32,000 nucleotides of DNA from Candidatus Zhuqueibacterota bacterium (GCA_015485525.1 WFTM01000433.1:1-32000); one strand, 5' to 3'. Positions 7,633 through 15,519 are shown, numbered from the stretch's first letter. Notes: generated from the letters alone by a model not told the origin. Numbers and translations are program-made.

Positions 7633-9297
7633 TCAGGGTTTGCGGTTTGTCCCTCGTACCTCCTGTGCCCATTCCGGCTGTGTGCACCGGCACAAGGTCC
7701 GCATGTAGGCGACCAACGACCGGATTTCCGCCGCGCGCAAAGTTTTTCCCCATGCCGGCATGAAGGGATGCTTATCCAGAATCATGCCGCCGGCGGCGAT
7801 GCCATCGAACAGGGTATCGTCTGCCCTGGGCGCCATGGCCGCTCTGTCGGCATGGGCGGTTGGCTTCACGGGTAAAAAGGAGGCGTTAAAGCCGTCTCCC
7901 TGCCCCTGAAGCCCATGGCATGAGGCACAATAGGCACGATAGAGTTCAGGCGCTGAGCGGGGATTTTGCGGGTAAAACCAGGGGGTGAACTCCGGCAGAC
8001 TCTGAGCTGTGGCTGGCCCTGTTTTGTGGGTGAGATATCGGACCAGTGCTTCCCTCCTGCCCGCCGGCATGGGGTGCGCAGGCATAGCGCGGTGGCCCAA
8101 AACCGCCACAGGATCGCGAAGCAGAGCGGCGATAATAGCAGGCTGCAAACGAGAGCCAACCGCTGAAAGGTCCGGCCCGACACGGCCTCCGCGGCCATCG
8201 AGTTGATGGCAGCCGAGACAGGACAGTTTTTCGTGCAGCATTTTTTCGATTTTCCGGCGGGCGAATGGCGATAACGGTGCAGGCACGTCCGCGTTCGATT
8301 CCTTTTCCGGCTTCAGAAAAGTGAGTATTTCGCGGACTTCTTCGTCATCGAGATGAAAGTCAGGCATGCGGCTACCGGAACCGGGGAAATAGCCTGCAGG
8401 ACGCACGACCGTGGGCTTCTGCAAAAAATCTGCGAGCCAGCCGGAGCGCAAACGCCCGCCGGCACCTGCCAGCGGCGGGGCATTGTACTGCCATGGCGCT
8501 TCGAGACCCTTCAAACGGTGGCACGCGAGGCAATTCTGGCTCAAAAACAGCTTTTCCCCAAGCTCAGCCGTTGCGTTGGGGAACGCGGTTCGCGCCTGCC
8601 GGAAGAGTTCTTCGTCCTCTCTTCGCTCATCTTTGCCGCGCGCTGCGAGAAAACGGGCAATCTCCGTAATTTTCCGCCGCGCCCCCGGCAGGCGTTGCTG
8701 CAGGGTTCCGCGTGTCGAATCTGCGGTAAAAAACAGCGCCGGCATGACAGCAGCAGAAACGCCGTAAAACTGAGGCTGAACGAGATAATTTTGCAACCAG
8801 TCCTGCTGCAGCCGCCGGCCCATGCGCGTGAGTTCGGCTGCAGTTCCGGCGCCTGTGCCGTCGAGGGTATGGCACTGCAGGCATCCTGTCTGGGAAATGA
8901 GTTCAGGGGTGGGAATTTTCTCATCGGTATCCGCAGCCTCAGAGATGGCAGCAAATGGCCGCCGGGATGGGTCGGATTTCTGTTCCTGGAGAAAAAGCGT
9001 CACTGCCAGGGCCTGTTCTGCGGAAAAATTGAAATCCGGCATGCGGCTGCGGCCGATATGGACGCGAATCTTTTCAGGCTGCTGCAGGTAGCGGAACAGC
9101 CATGCGGGCTGATATCGTTCACCGGCAAAAGTCAGGTCCGGGGTTTTACTGCGGAAATTCTCTTCCACCGGCACGCCGGGGTGGCAGCCCCCACACCCCA
9201 ACTCTGCCAGCAGATTCTGGCCGGCTGCAGGGGGCGGCGCCACTGCTGAGAGCAGAACGGATATCACTGCCCAGGCTGGTTGTCGGATGGTATTCAT
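7633..9297 (-). CDS. Secreted penta-haem c-type cytochrome (five class-I cytochrome c modules)
   Basis: The signal peptide is MNTIRQPAWAVISVLLSAVAPPPAAGQ. There are five CXXCH motifs: CGGCH, CLQCH, CLACH, CLGCH and CASCH. Each is followed 40-70 aa later by a candidate Met-ligand motif (SRMPDF twice, AVMPALF, HRAMPAH, PFMPAWG). The ATG overlaps the upstream gene stop (ATGA at 9297-9294). Confidence 0.85.
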   Translation of the reverse strand: MNTIRQPAWAVISVLLSAVAPPPAAGQNLLAELGCGGCHPGVPVEENFRSKTPDLTFAGERYQPAWLFRYLQQPEKIRVHIGRSRMPDFNFSAEQALAVTLFLQEQKSDPSRRPFAAISEAADTDEKIPTPELISQTGCLQCHTLDGTGAGTAAELTRMGRRLQQDWLQNYLVQPQFYGVSAAVMPALFFTADSTRGTLQQRLPGARRKITEIARFLAARGKDERREDEELFRQARTAFPNATAELGEKLFLSQNCLACHRLKGLEAPWQYNAPPLAGAGGRLRSGWLADFLQKPTVVRPAGYFPGSGSRMPDFHLDDEEVREILTFLKPEKESNADVPAPLSPFARRKIEKMLHEKLSCLGCHQLDGRGGRVGPDLSAVGSRLQPAIIAALLRDPVAVLGHRAMPAHPMPAGRREALVRYLTHKTGPATAQSLPEFTPWFYPQNPRSAPELYRAYCASCHGLQGQGDGFNASFLPVKPTAHADRAAMAPRADDTLFDGIAAGGMILDKHPFMPAWGKTLRAAEIRSLVAYMRTLCRCTQPEWAQEVRGTNRKP

Positions 9298-10652
9298 GGT
9301 TGATAGTTCACTACAAAAAAGTCGCGGATGATCTTCTTCCTGCGCAACTCCGTGCCTTTGCGTTTGGCCTGTTCTTTGGTGGCAAAGGCGCCGACACGGA
9401 TTTTATACCAGCCGCCTTTTCGTGCTGGTGCAGCCAGGACGGCATCGAGACCGGCCTTTTTCAGCCGGCGCAGTTCTTTTTCCGCACTGCTCCGCTTCTT
9501 GACCGCAGCCACCTGCAGAGCAAAACGGGTATTCTGTGGAATGACCTTTGGCGCTGCGGCCGCGGCCTTTTCGGTCTCGCTCTTTGGAGCCGGCAGAAAG
9601 AGATAGAGCACCAGCAGAAAGACAGCAGCAGCAAGAGTATAATAAACATAACGCCGGTACAGGACAACGCGCTGCCACAGTTGTAAAGCCTGTTGCTGCA
9701 CCAGAAAAACAAGCCGTGCTGCGCGGCCGCTCAGGCTGCGGCTTTCCTGCTCTATTTGATCCTGCTCCCAGCGGGCGATATCTTCGGGCTGAAACTCCGT
9801 GACAACGGTGCGGAGTTTTTCGGCCAGTTCTCCGCTCAGGCCCAGGGCCACGACAGCCTGGTGGCACCTGTACAGCTGGCGATCGATCTCCTGTCTCCTG
9901 TCTTCAGGCCCCTGCTCACGGGCCGCCAGATACAACCAGCAGGCGAAGTCATCATGCCTGTCTGCCCGCAACACCTGCGGCAGACACAGTGCGATGATCT
10001 CTGCTGTCATGCTGCTGCCCTGCTGCAGTGCCTGTTTGTAAAAATACTCAGCACGGAAGTGGGTCTGCCGGTCTTTGAGATAGTGTGCGGCCATGTAGTG
10101 AATGATATCGCGGTCATCCGGCCTGTGTTCATGCAGGGTTTCGGCGAGATCGACAAGGGACAGCGTGAGAACGGGCTGGCGGAGCAGAAACTGTTTGAGG
10201 GCGATGAAGGCATCCTCCTCGCGAATCCCGCGCTGCAGACAGTGCAGCAGCACGCGGCGGTAGCGGGCGGAGGCGACGTTCAGGCGATAAAAATCGAAAT
10301 AGCGACGCAGAAGATTGTTGCGCAGGGTCTCTTTCTGGGCACGGGACAGCAGCCCGCCGCTGAACAAGCGATCGAGCCAGGTAAAGACCTCACTCAGCCG
10401 GTTGGTTTCATTACTCTGCAGAAAATACCAGCCCACGCGGTCCAGCGCTTCGAAACGCCGGCGGCCGATGAGATTGAGCAGGAGGTGAATGGTCAGCAGA
10501 AGCACCACCCAGCTCAGCAGAACAACCGGCACATCGCGGAAGTAGGTTTGCGGGAAGACGAGTTCATGCAGCACAAAAAGCACGGCCAGTGCAACTGGTG
10601 GCAGTGCGACAAAACTGATAAATAGACGCAGGGCAAGACTGTTCATAATCAT
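9294..10652 (-). CDS. Polytopic membrane protein with a large cytoplasmic helical domain and a C-terminal periplasmic SPOR (peptidoglycan-binding) domain
   Basis: 452 aa. Two N-terminal TM helices, about 280 aa of helical Arg/Leu-rich region, a third TM (YVYYTLAAAVFLLVLYLFL), then FALQVAAVKKRSSAEKELRRLKKAGLDAVLAAPARKGGWYKIRVGAFATKEQAKRKGTEL, which matches the SPOR pattern. Confidence 0.8.
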   Translation of the reverse strand: MIMNSLALRLFISFVALPPVALAVLFVLHELVFPQTYFRDVPVVLLSWVVLLLTIHLLLNLIGRRRFEALDRVGWYFLQSNETNRLSEVFTWLDRLFSGGLLSRAQKETLRNNLLRRYFDFYRLNVASARYRRVLLHCLQRGIREEDAFIALKQFLLRQPVLTLSLVDLAETLHEHRPDDRDIIHYMAAHYLKDRQTHFRAEYFYKQALQQGSSMTAEIIALCLPQVLRADRHDDFACWLYLAAREQGPEDRRQEIDRQLYRCHQAVVALGLSGELAEKLRTVVTEFQPEDIARWEQDQIEQESRSLSGRAARLVFLVQQQALQLWQRVVLYRRYVYYTLAAAVFLLVLYLFLPAPKSETEKAAAAAPKVIPQNTRFALQVAAVKKRSSAEKELRRLKKAGLDAVLAAPARKGGWYKIRVGAFATKEQAKRKGTELRRKKIIRDFFVVNYQP

Positions 10653-10693
10653 GGTCGGGTTTGACAGGCGTATCAGCCGAAATGGGGGGCGGC

Positions 10694-12022
10694 TTACTGG
10701 CCTTTCTCCCGTTTCTTCTGAATTTTCTCAATTCTTCCGGCTGCTTCGCGGGCCTTTTTGTGCTCGGGATAATTTTTCAAAACCAGGTCATAGCAACCGA
10801 GGGCGCTTTCCAGATCATTGGCTTTGTTCTCATACAACCGGCCGGCCTTGACGAGCAGGTCAGGTGCCTTGTTATACGTCGGGAAAGCTTCAACGATCCG
10901 GACGTATTGCAGCGCGGCATTGACGTAATCCTTGAAACGGCGTTCATATAGATAAGCTGCCTCTTCCAGGGCTGGAATCGCCCTTTCATCATCGGAATAG
11001 TTGTCCGCAATCTCGAGGTAGGTGGCGATGGCACCGGCATAATCTTTTTTCTCATCTGTCTGGATTTCTGCAACCTGCAGCAAAGCATCGACAGCATACG
11101 GAGAGTCCGGGTACTGCTTGACGACACTGCGGTAGGTCACCATGGCAGCATCGGGCTGCTTGAGTTTTCTCTCTTCTACTTCAGCCAGCAGGAAGAGCGC
11201 ACGCGGCGCAACAGGACTTCTGGGCTGCTCAGATACGATCATTTTGAAGACCTCTGCAGCGTCTTCCGGCTTGTCGAGTTTTTTGTACAACAGCTCCCCC
11301 CGCCGGAAACGTACATCAGCGAGCTGGGGGCTCAATGGAAAAACACTCTCGAATTTAAACAACAGCGCGGCAGCCTGATGCTGTCTGCCGGCACGCAGAT
11401 ACATCCCTGCCTGCATGGCCAGCATTTTATCACCGCGGTCATCGTCCGGGAAACGCGTCAGCCAGGAGCGCGCTTCACGCAGCAGCCAATCGTTCAGGGA
11501 ACGGATATCCAGAGCATACAACGCCTTGACCAGAGCAAACCGCCGGCCCGCATCACTCTGGCCATCGCTGCCGTTCATCAACGCGAGTACAGCGTCAGCG
11601 TTTTTCTTAAAACTTTTCTCCTTAGCCACCAGGGCACGCACACGATCTCTGGCCACATCCAGGTCTTCAAAATCGGGATACAAAAACAACAACTTCAAAT
11701 ATGAGGCTATGGCCTCAGGTCGCTTCCGCTTCTCGGAATAGACCTCAGCAAGCATCGCCTGCACGCGTGGCGCATATTTGGAGAACGGAAACGTTTGATG
11801 AAAACTCTCCAGTTCCTCGATCAGCAGGGTGTAGTTTTTTTTCTCATGCTGGTCGTAAACATTTTTCAGCCAGTCAAAAACACGATCATCCTGCACGCCG
11901 GACTGCGGCTCCGGAACAACCACAGCACCCGGCGAGCCCGGGGCTTCCTGAAGCAACAGCAACACAGCCAGAATGATAATCTTAGCCAGTACAAACTGTC
12001 TTCTGCTTCTGCCATTTTCCAT
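10694..12022 (-). CDS. TPR-repeat protein (YbgF/BamD-like TPR_6 type) with an N-terminal signal anchor
   Basis: 442 aa. It starts MENGRSRRQFVLAKIIILAVLLLLQEAPG. Helical-hairpin units recur, each ending in ..YP(D/E)S(P)..(A)..A.. (for example VVKQYPDSPYAVDALLQVAEIQ and VLKNYPEHKKAREAAGRIEKIQ). It is the first gene of the minus-strand cluster. Confidence 0.8.
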   Translation of the reverse strand: MENGRSRRQFVLAKIIILAVLLLLQEAPGSPGAVVVPEPQSGVQDDRVFDWLKNVYDQHEKKNYTLLIEELESFHQTFPFSKYAPRVQAMLAEVYSEKRKRPEAIASYLKLLFLYPDFEDLDVARDRVRALVAKEKSFKKNADAVLALMNGSDGQSDAGRRFALVKALYALDIRSLNDWLLREARSWLTRFPDDDRGDKMLAMQAGMYLRAGRQHQAAALLFKFESVFPLSPQLADVRFRRGELLYKKLDKPEDAAEVFKMIVSEQPRSPVAPRALFLLAEVEERKLKQPDAAMVTYRSVVKQYPDSPYAVDALLQVAEIQTDEKKDYAGAIATYLEIADNYSDDERAIPALEEAAYLYERRFKDYVNAALQYVRIVEAFPTYNKAPDLLVKAGRLYENKANDLESALGCYDLVLKNYPEHKKAREAAGRIEKIQKKREKGQ

Positions 12023-12154
12023 GCCGGTACCCTCGTAAATTTGAATTCACCAAAAACGAAAATCGTTTTCGCGCTGTGCACTCCTGATGTCTTATCAAGG
12101 TCCGGATAACATAGGCAACACGGAAGAAAATTAAAAGATAATTGTGACATCTTG

Positions 12155-12178
12155 GGATTATCCATTTAACTCATCCAA
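12155..12178 (+). repeat. Solo family-A left-terminus-like sequence
   Basis: ttatccatttaactcatcca versus the A1 left end ctatccatttgactcagca (16 of 19 by eye). No matching right terminus was found. It directly abuts the family B cluster. Confidence 0.4.
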
Positions 12179-12189
12179 GCAGGCCTTGC

Positions 12190-12690
12190 GCAGGGAGCCA
12201 TCCCCGGTATTCCAGCCACAGAGAAGCGGTGTGACGAGAGGAAGCGGGGAAGAAAAACGTGACAAAACATCAACAAACCTTCAGCCCTATCGGATCAGTC
12301 ACGATCAGTAAAACAGACCCGGACGAAGCGAGTGCGGGCTCGCAGAAGCACACTCGCCTACAGCGTCACACTACTGAAGCGAAGCGGAGTGTCTGAATCT
12401 CCCCGGCATGGATGCGGCTTTTGGGGCAGGTGGTATTTCCTTGCGCTGGTGACCTGCCGCAGGAGCGGCAAGAGGGCGTCACACCGCAGGAGCGGTGTGA
12501 CGAGAGGAGACCTGGACGAAGCGAAGCAGTGTGCCGGCAAATCCCCGGCGTGGGTGCAGGCTTTTGGGGAGCGGTATTTCGTTTCGCTTGTGGACTGCCC
12601 CGCCGATGCGGGGCAACTGGGGCGTTACACCGCAGGAGCGGACGTTACACCGCGGGAGCGGACGTTACACCGCGGGAGCGGTGTAACGAG
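12190..12690 (+). repeat. Family B repeat cluster: one truncated unit (about 12190-12242) plus two tandem units (about 12316-12509 and 12510-12690)
   Basis: Units I and II align as ac(c/t)ggacgaagcga..gtg..aatc(t)ccccggc(a/g)tgg(a/g)tgc(g/a)gcttttgggg..ggtatttc..cgct.gtg.actgcc..gc..cgt(c/t)acaccgc-agga-gcggtgt(g/a)acgag. The terminal hairpin cgtcacaccgc-agga-gcggtgtgacg lies at 12477-12502. The same modules recur at 14413, 16711, 24742 and 24905. Confidence 0.8.
12623..12688 (+). repeat. Head-to-tail 20-bp triplication of the 5' arm and loop of the family B terminal hairpin
   Basis: cgttacaccgcaggagcgga (12623-12642), cgttacaccgcgggagcgga (12643-12662), then the complete hairpin cgttacaccgc-ggga-gcggtgtaacg (12663-12688). 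Confidence 0.85.
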
Positions 12691-12792
12691 GGCTTTTCAG
12701 ATATCGCGCTTTCTCTGTGCACTGTGCTTCTTCTGAAAGCAGAGTGCATGCGCAATCAGCAACCGTCATTCCAACCTCCGGAGAGTACCACA

Positions 12793-13167
12793 ATGTCACA
12801 TCTTCAGCTCAGCAGCAACCGGCTCCCGACCAACCGCCGGTCGGCTACACGAATTCAGACCTGGCGTATCCTGTCCTTTTTGAAAGATGACAGCTGGCAC
12901 ATCGGCTATGTCAAGGACATCAGCGAAACGGGCGTACAGATCATCTGCAGCACGCCGCTCTCTCCCGGCGAAAAAACGGCAATCCTGTTCGAAAATATCG
13001 AGCATCTCTGGAATATCATCGTGGAGGGGACGGTGGTGTGGCAGAAAAATTATCATGAGGACCAGGATCACCGGAACACAGAACCGACGATGGGGATTGA
13101 ATTTTTCCAGCGTCTGCCGGTTGAAATCACCCGCTTCGCGCGTGTAAAAATGCGCATGGCCGAATAG
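12793..13167 (+). CDS. Stand-alone PilZ-domain protein (predicted c-di-GMP receptor)
   Basis: This is the C-terminal 124 aa of track ORF 12412..13167. The start is set at the ATG at 12793, with ggagag 9 nt upstream; the ATG at 12748 is an alternative. Both PilZ signatures are present: RRSATR (RxxxR) and DISETG (D/NxSxxG). The upstream part of the track ORF reads through family B repeats. Confidence 0.8.
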   Translation: MSHLQLSSNRLPTNRRSATRIQTWRILSFLKDDSWHIGYVKDISETGVQIICSTPLSPGEKTAILFENIEHLWNIIVEGTVVWQKNYHEDQDHRNTEPTMGIEFFQRLPVEITRFARVKMRMAE

Positions 13168-13200
13168 AGCGACCGCACTCCTGCACAGGTGCCGGGTGTT

Positions 13201-13905
13201 TCACTGATACTGCGTCCAGGGGTAGAGCAGGTTGAGGGCCATAGTGAAAATCGGGCTGAATACCGAATCAAATACCTGCCAGGCGAGCAGGATACCGAGC
13301 AATGAAAACATGGGATTGTGGGAAAACTCCGCAAACCTGCGCGCTGCGCTCTCGCTGAGAAACAATCCGACAACCGCATTGCCATCCAGGGGCGGAACAG
13401 GTAATAAATTGAAGAAACCCAGCAACAGATTGAGCGCAAAAGTAATGCTCAGAAAACTCGCCATCGCTCCCCAGAAACCCGCCTGATGGGCTGCGACCAC
13501 CGTCGTATAGTTGACACTCTCCGGATTATAAAAATAACCCGCAGCGATACCTGCATGGATCAGAGCCGCGGCTATGAGCACCAGCACGAAATTCGCGACC
13601 GGGCCGGCCAAAGCCATCCATGCAGCCCGTTTCGGATAGCGGTCTGCCCACACCGGATCATAGGGCGCACTGGCCCAGCCCAGCATCCAGCCACTGAGGA
13701 TAAACGACAGAAACGGAATGACAACCGTGCCCACAGGCTCACGCTGCATGTGCGGCAAAGGGTTCAGGCTGACTTGTCCGGCCATGGCAGCGGTATCATC
13801 ACCACCGATTTTCGCAGCAAGGGCATGAGCAGCTTCGTGACAGGTAAGCGCAAACAGGAAACAGACGTACCAGATCGGTCCGAGGGCCAGGATATCTGAG
13901 GTCAT
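13201..13905 (-). CDS. Peptidase M50 (site-2 protease family) integral membrane metalloprotease
   Basis: It has an HExxH motif in a TM helix (LTCHEAAHALAA) and the second family motif FFNLLPVPPLDG. The protein is polytopic and hydrophobic throughout. Confidence 0.85.
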   Translation of the reverse strand: MTSDILALGPIWYVCFLFALTCHEAAHALAAKIGGDDTAAMAGQVSLNPLPHMQREPVGTVVIPFLSFILSGWMLGWASAPYDPVWADRYPKRAAWMALAGPVANFVLVLIAAALIHAGIAAGYFYNPESVNYTTVVAAHQAGFWGAMASFLSITFALNLLLGFFNLLPVPPLDGNAVVGLFLSESAARRFAEFSHNPMFSLLGILLAWQVFDSVFSPIFTMALNLLYPWTQYQ

Positions 13906-14412
13906 AATCTACCTTTTGGGTTACAGCCTGAAGAACACCGTTTGTGAAAGAATCGGGCTGAATGTGGCTATCGTCCGGTAAAGCCCGATACTTATAAGCC
14001 GCTTGGCAGGCTTCACACACTGACGGAAAAATAAAACACAACATCTTTATTTATAAAGAGTTAGAAAATTGCGCTGAATGTATGAAATTTGCCTGCAAAA
14101 GTCAAGAACAGGCATTCAGTCGGCGCCTACACTGAGCTGGAAACTCCAACATGGCACCGAAAAACGCTGGAGGGGAAACATACATCCCCGCCCACTCCAT
14201 ACGCCTGGCTTCTGAAAACGCCTGCCGCTCATCACCAACGCCAGAAAAATGTTACACTTTTTTCTAATTTCAACAAAAAAAACAGACCTGCTTCTTCCGC
14301 ATTCCAGTGCAAAAACGCTATAGTACTGAAGACAAGACAGCCTGAAAATTCAGATATGTATAAATTCCGCTCGATCAGATTTATTTTGAAACAGCGTGAC
14401 GCCTGCGCAGAT

Positions 14413-14523
14413 CGATTCCCGGCTCAGCGCTGCTCAAGGATAACAGGCTTTCGGGGCAGGCGGCATCCCGCTTCGTCTATGTACTGCCGCAGGAACGTCA
14501 CACCGCTGGAGCGGTATGACGCG
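14413..14523 (+). repeat. Family B repeat, shortened copy B3
   Basis: gattcccggc..ggataacaggctttcggggcaggcggcatcccgcttcgtctatgtactgccgcaggaacgtcacaccgc-tgga-gcggtatgacg is colinear with 12395-12502. The H4 hairpin is deleted and the terminal stem carries one C/A mismatch. Confidence 0.7.
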
Positions 14524-14674
14524 TGCAAGATGAGAGTACTGAACAGACTTGCTGTTGTTTTAAAAATGTGTTCGTGCAGAGAACGTATCCAAAAGAGATT
14601 CCTGCGCACAAGATAAAATGTACACCGACCGTCCACTCCGGCCGGGTGGATCGATTTACTAGGGAGAGTAACTA

Positions 14675-15400
14675 ATGAAGAAATTCGTCGTGGGGCTGCT
14701 GGTTTTCGGCATGGGCTATTTCAGTGTTATGCCGGCAGTACTGGCTGTGACGCAACAGGGGAGGCGCATCGTTATCGCCGTGGTTGACTTCAAGAACAAC
14801 AGCGGCAACCCTCAGCTCGATAACTTCGAACAGGCCATCCCGGAAGCACTGATCACCAACCTTGCCCGCAATGAACGCATCGAAATCGTCGAACGCACCC
14901 AATTGCAGAATGCCCTTTCAGAGCTGCAACTGAGCATGTCCGGCATCGTCGATGCGCGTACGGCTGTGGAGGTCGGCCGTGCAGTCGGGGCAACGGCGAT
15001 CCTGGTCGGCAGTTTTCTGCAGATCGAAGGGCGCATTCAGATCAACGCCCGCCTGATCGATGTGCGCACCAGCCGGGTTTTGAAGGCAGCAGGGGTTCGC
15101 GGGCGCAGCGGAGCGGAAATCTTTGAACTCATGGACAGACTGGCCGCTTCCATCGAAGCGCGCCTGTTTGGCAAAAGTGTTCCGCAGACGCAAAACAGAA
15201 CGTCAGTAAACGGAGCATCGCGCCAGCGCAGTAACGCGAATGCTGCTGAAAAGTCCGGTGGTTCGTTTCTCAGCTCACCGATCTTTTGGGGTGCCATGGC
15301 GCTTGGGGCCGGAGCCGGGGCTTTCCTCGTTTTGGGGGCTACGGAAGATGAACCAGCCAAAACCGCGGTGACCATCACCATTTCTCTGCCCGACAGATAA
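14675..15400 (+). CDS. CsgG/FlgO/LpoB-like periplasmic alpha/beta-domain protein with a C-terminal hydrophobic segment
   Basis: The SD agggagag lies 7 nt upstream. The signal peptide is MKKFVVGLLVFGMGYFSVMPAVLA. The block RIVIAVVDFKNNSGNPQLDNFEQAIPEALITNLARNERIEIVERTQLQNALSELQLSMSGIVD...ATAILVGSFLQIEGRIQINARLIDVRTSRVL is the pattern shared by CsgG, LpoB, FlgO and TolB-N-like proteins. A C-terminal segment FLSSPIFWGAMALGAGAGAFLVLGA follows. Confidence 0.65.
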   Translation: MKKFVVGLLVFGMGYFSVMPAVLAVTQQGRRIVIAVVDFKNNSGNPQLDNFEQAIPEALITNLARNERIEIVERTQLQNALSELQLSMSGIVDARTAVEVGRAVGATAILVGSFLQIEGRIQINARLIDVRTSRVLKAAGVRGRSGAEIFELMDRLAASIEARLFGKSVPQTQNRTSVNGASRQRSNANAAEKSGGSFLSSPIFWGAMALGAGAGAFLVLGATEDEPAKTAVTITISLPDR

Positions 15401-15519
15401 ACCCGGGAAAAGCATCCCGATGCATGCGCGATTCATCACATCACGCAGGGATAGCGGAATAAATACCAGAAACCGAAAAAAAGAACAAATGATAACCATC
15501 ATGGAAACAAGGCGTTATA

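Noticed and set aside
7454-7753. The upstream 100 codons of track ORF 5630..7753 (MGKNFARGGNP...).
   Set aside because: This stretch overlaps the end of the cytochrome gene, is rich in Pro, His and Gly, and has no structure-like pattern. The ATG at 7453 gives a textbook hydrophobic N-terminus.
12623-12688. The regular 20-bp direct repeats looked like a possible mini CRISPR array.
   Set aside because: The repeats are contiguous with no spacers, there are only three units, they are part of a hairpin repeat found elsewhere, and there are no cas genes.
12332-12792. ORFs 12332..12736 and the N-terminal 127 codons of 12412..13167.
   Set aside because: They read straight through the family B repeats, their Arg/Gly/Cys-rich translation simply reflects the hairpins, and the PilZ domain begins only after 12793.
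14089-14616. A 175-aa plus-strand ORF in the 13906-14674 spacer.
   Set aside because: It has an alternative start codon, a highly basic low-complexity translation and no SD. It crosses both an AT-rich stretch and a family B copy.
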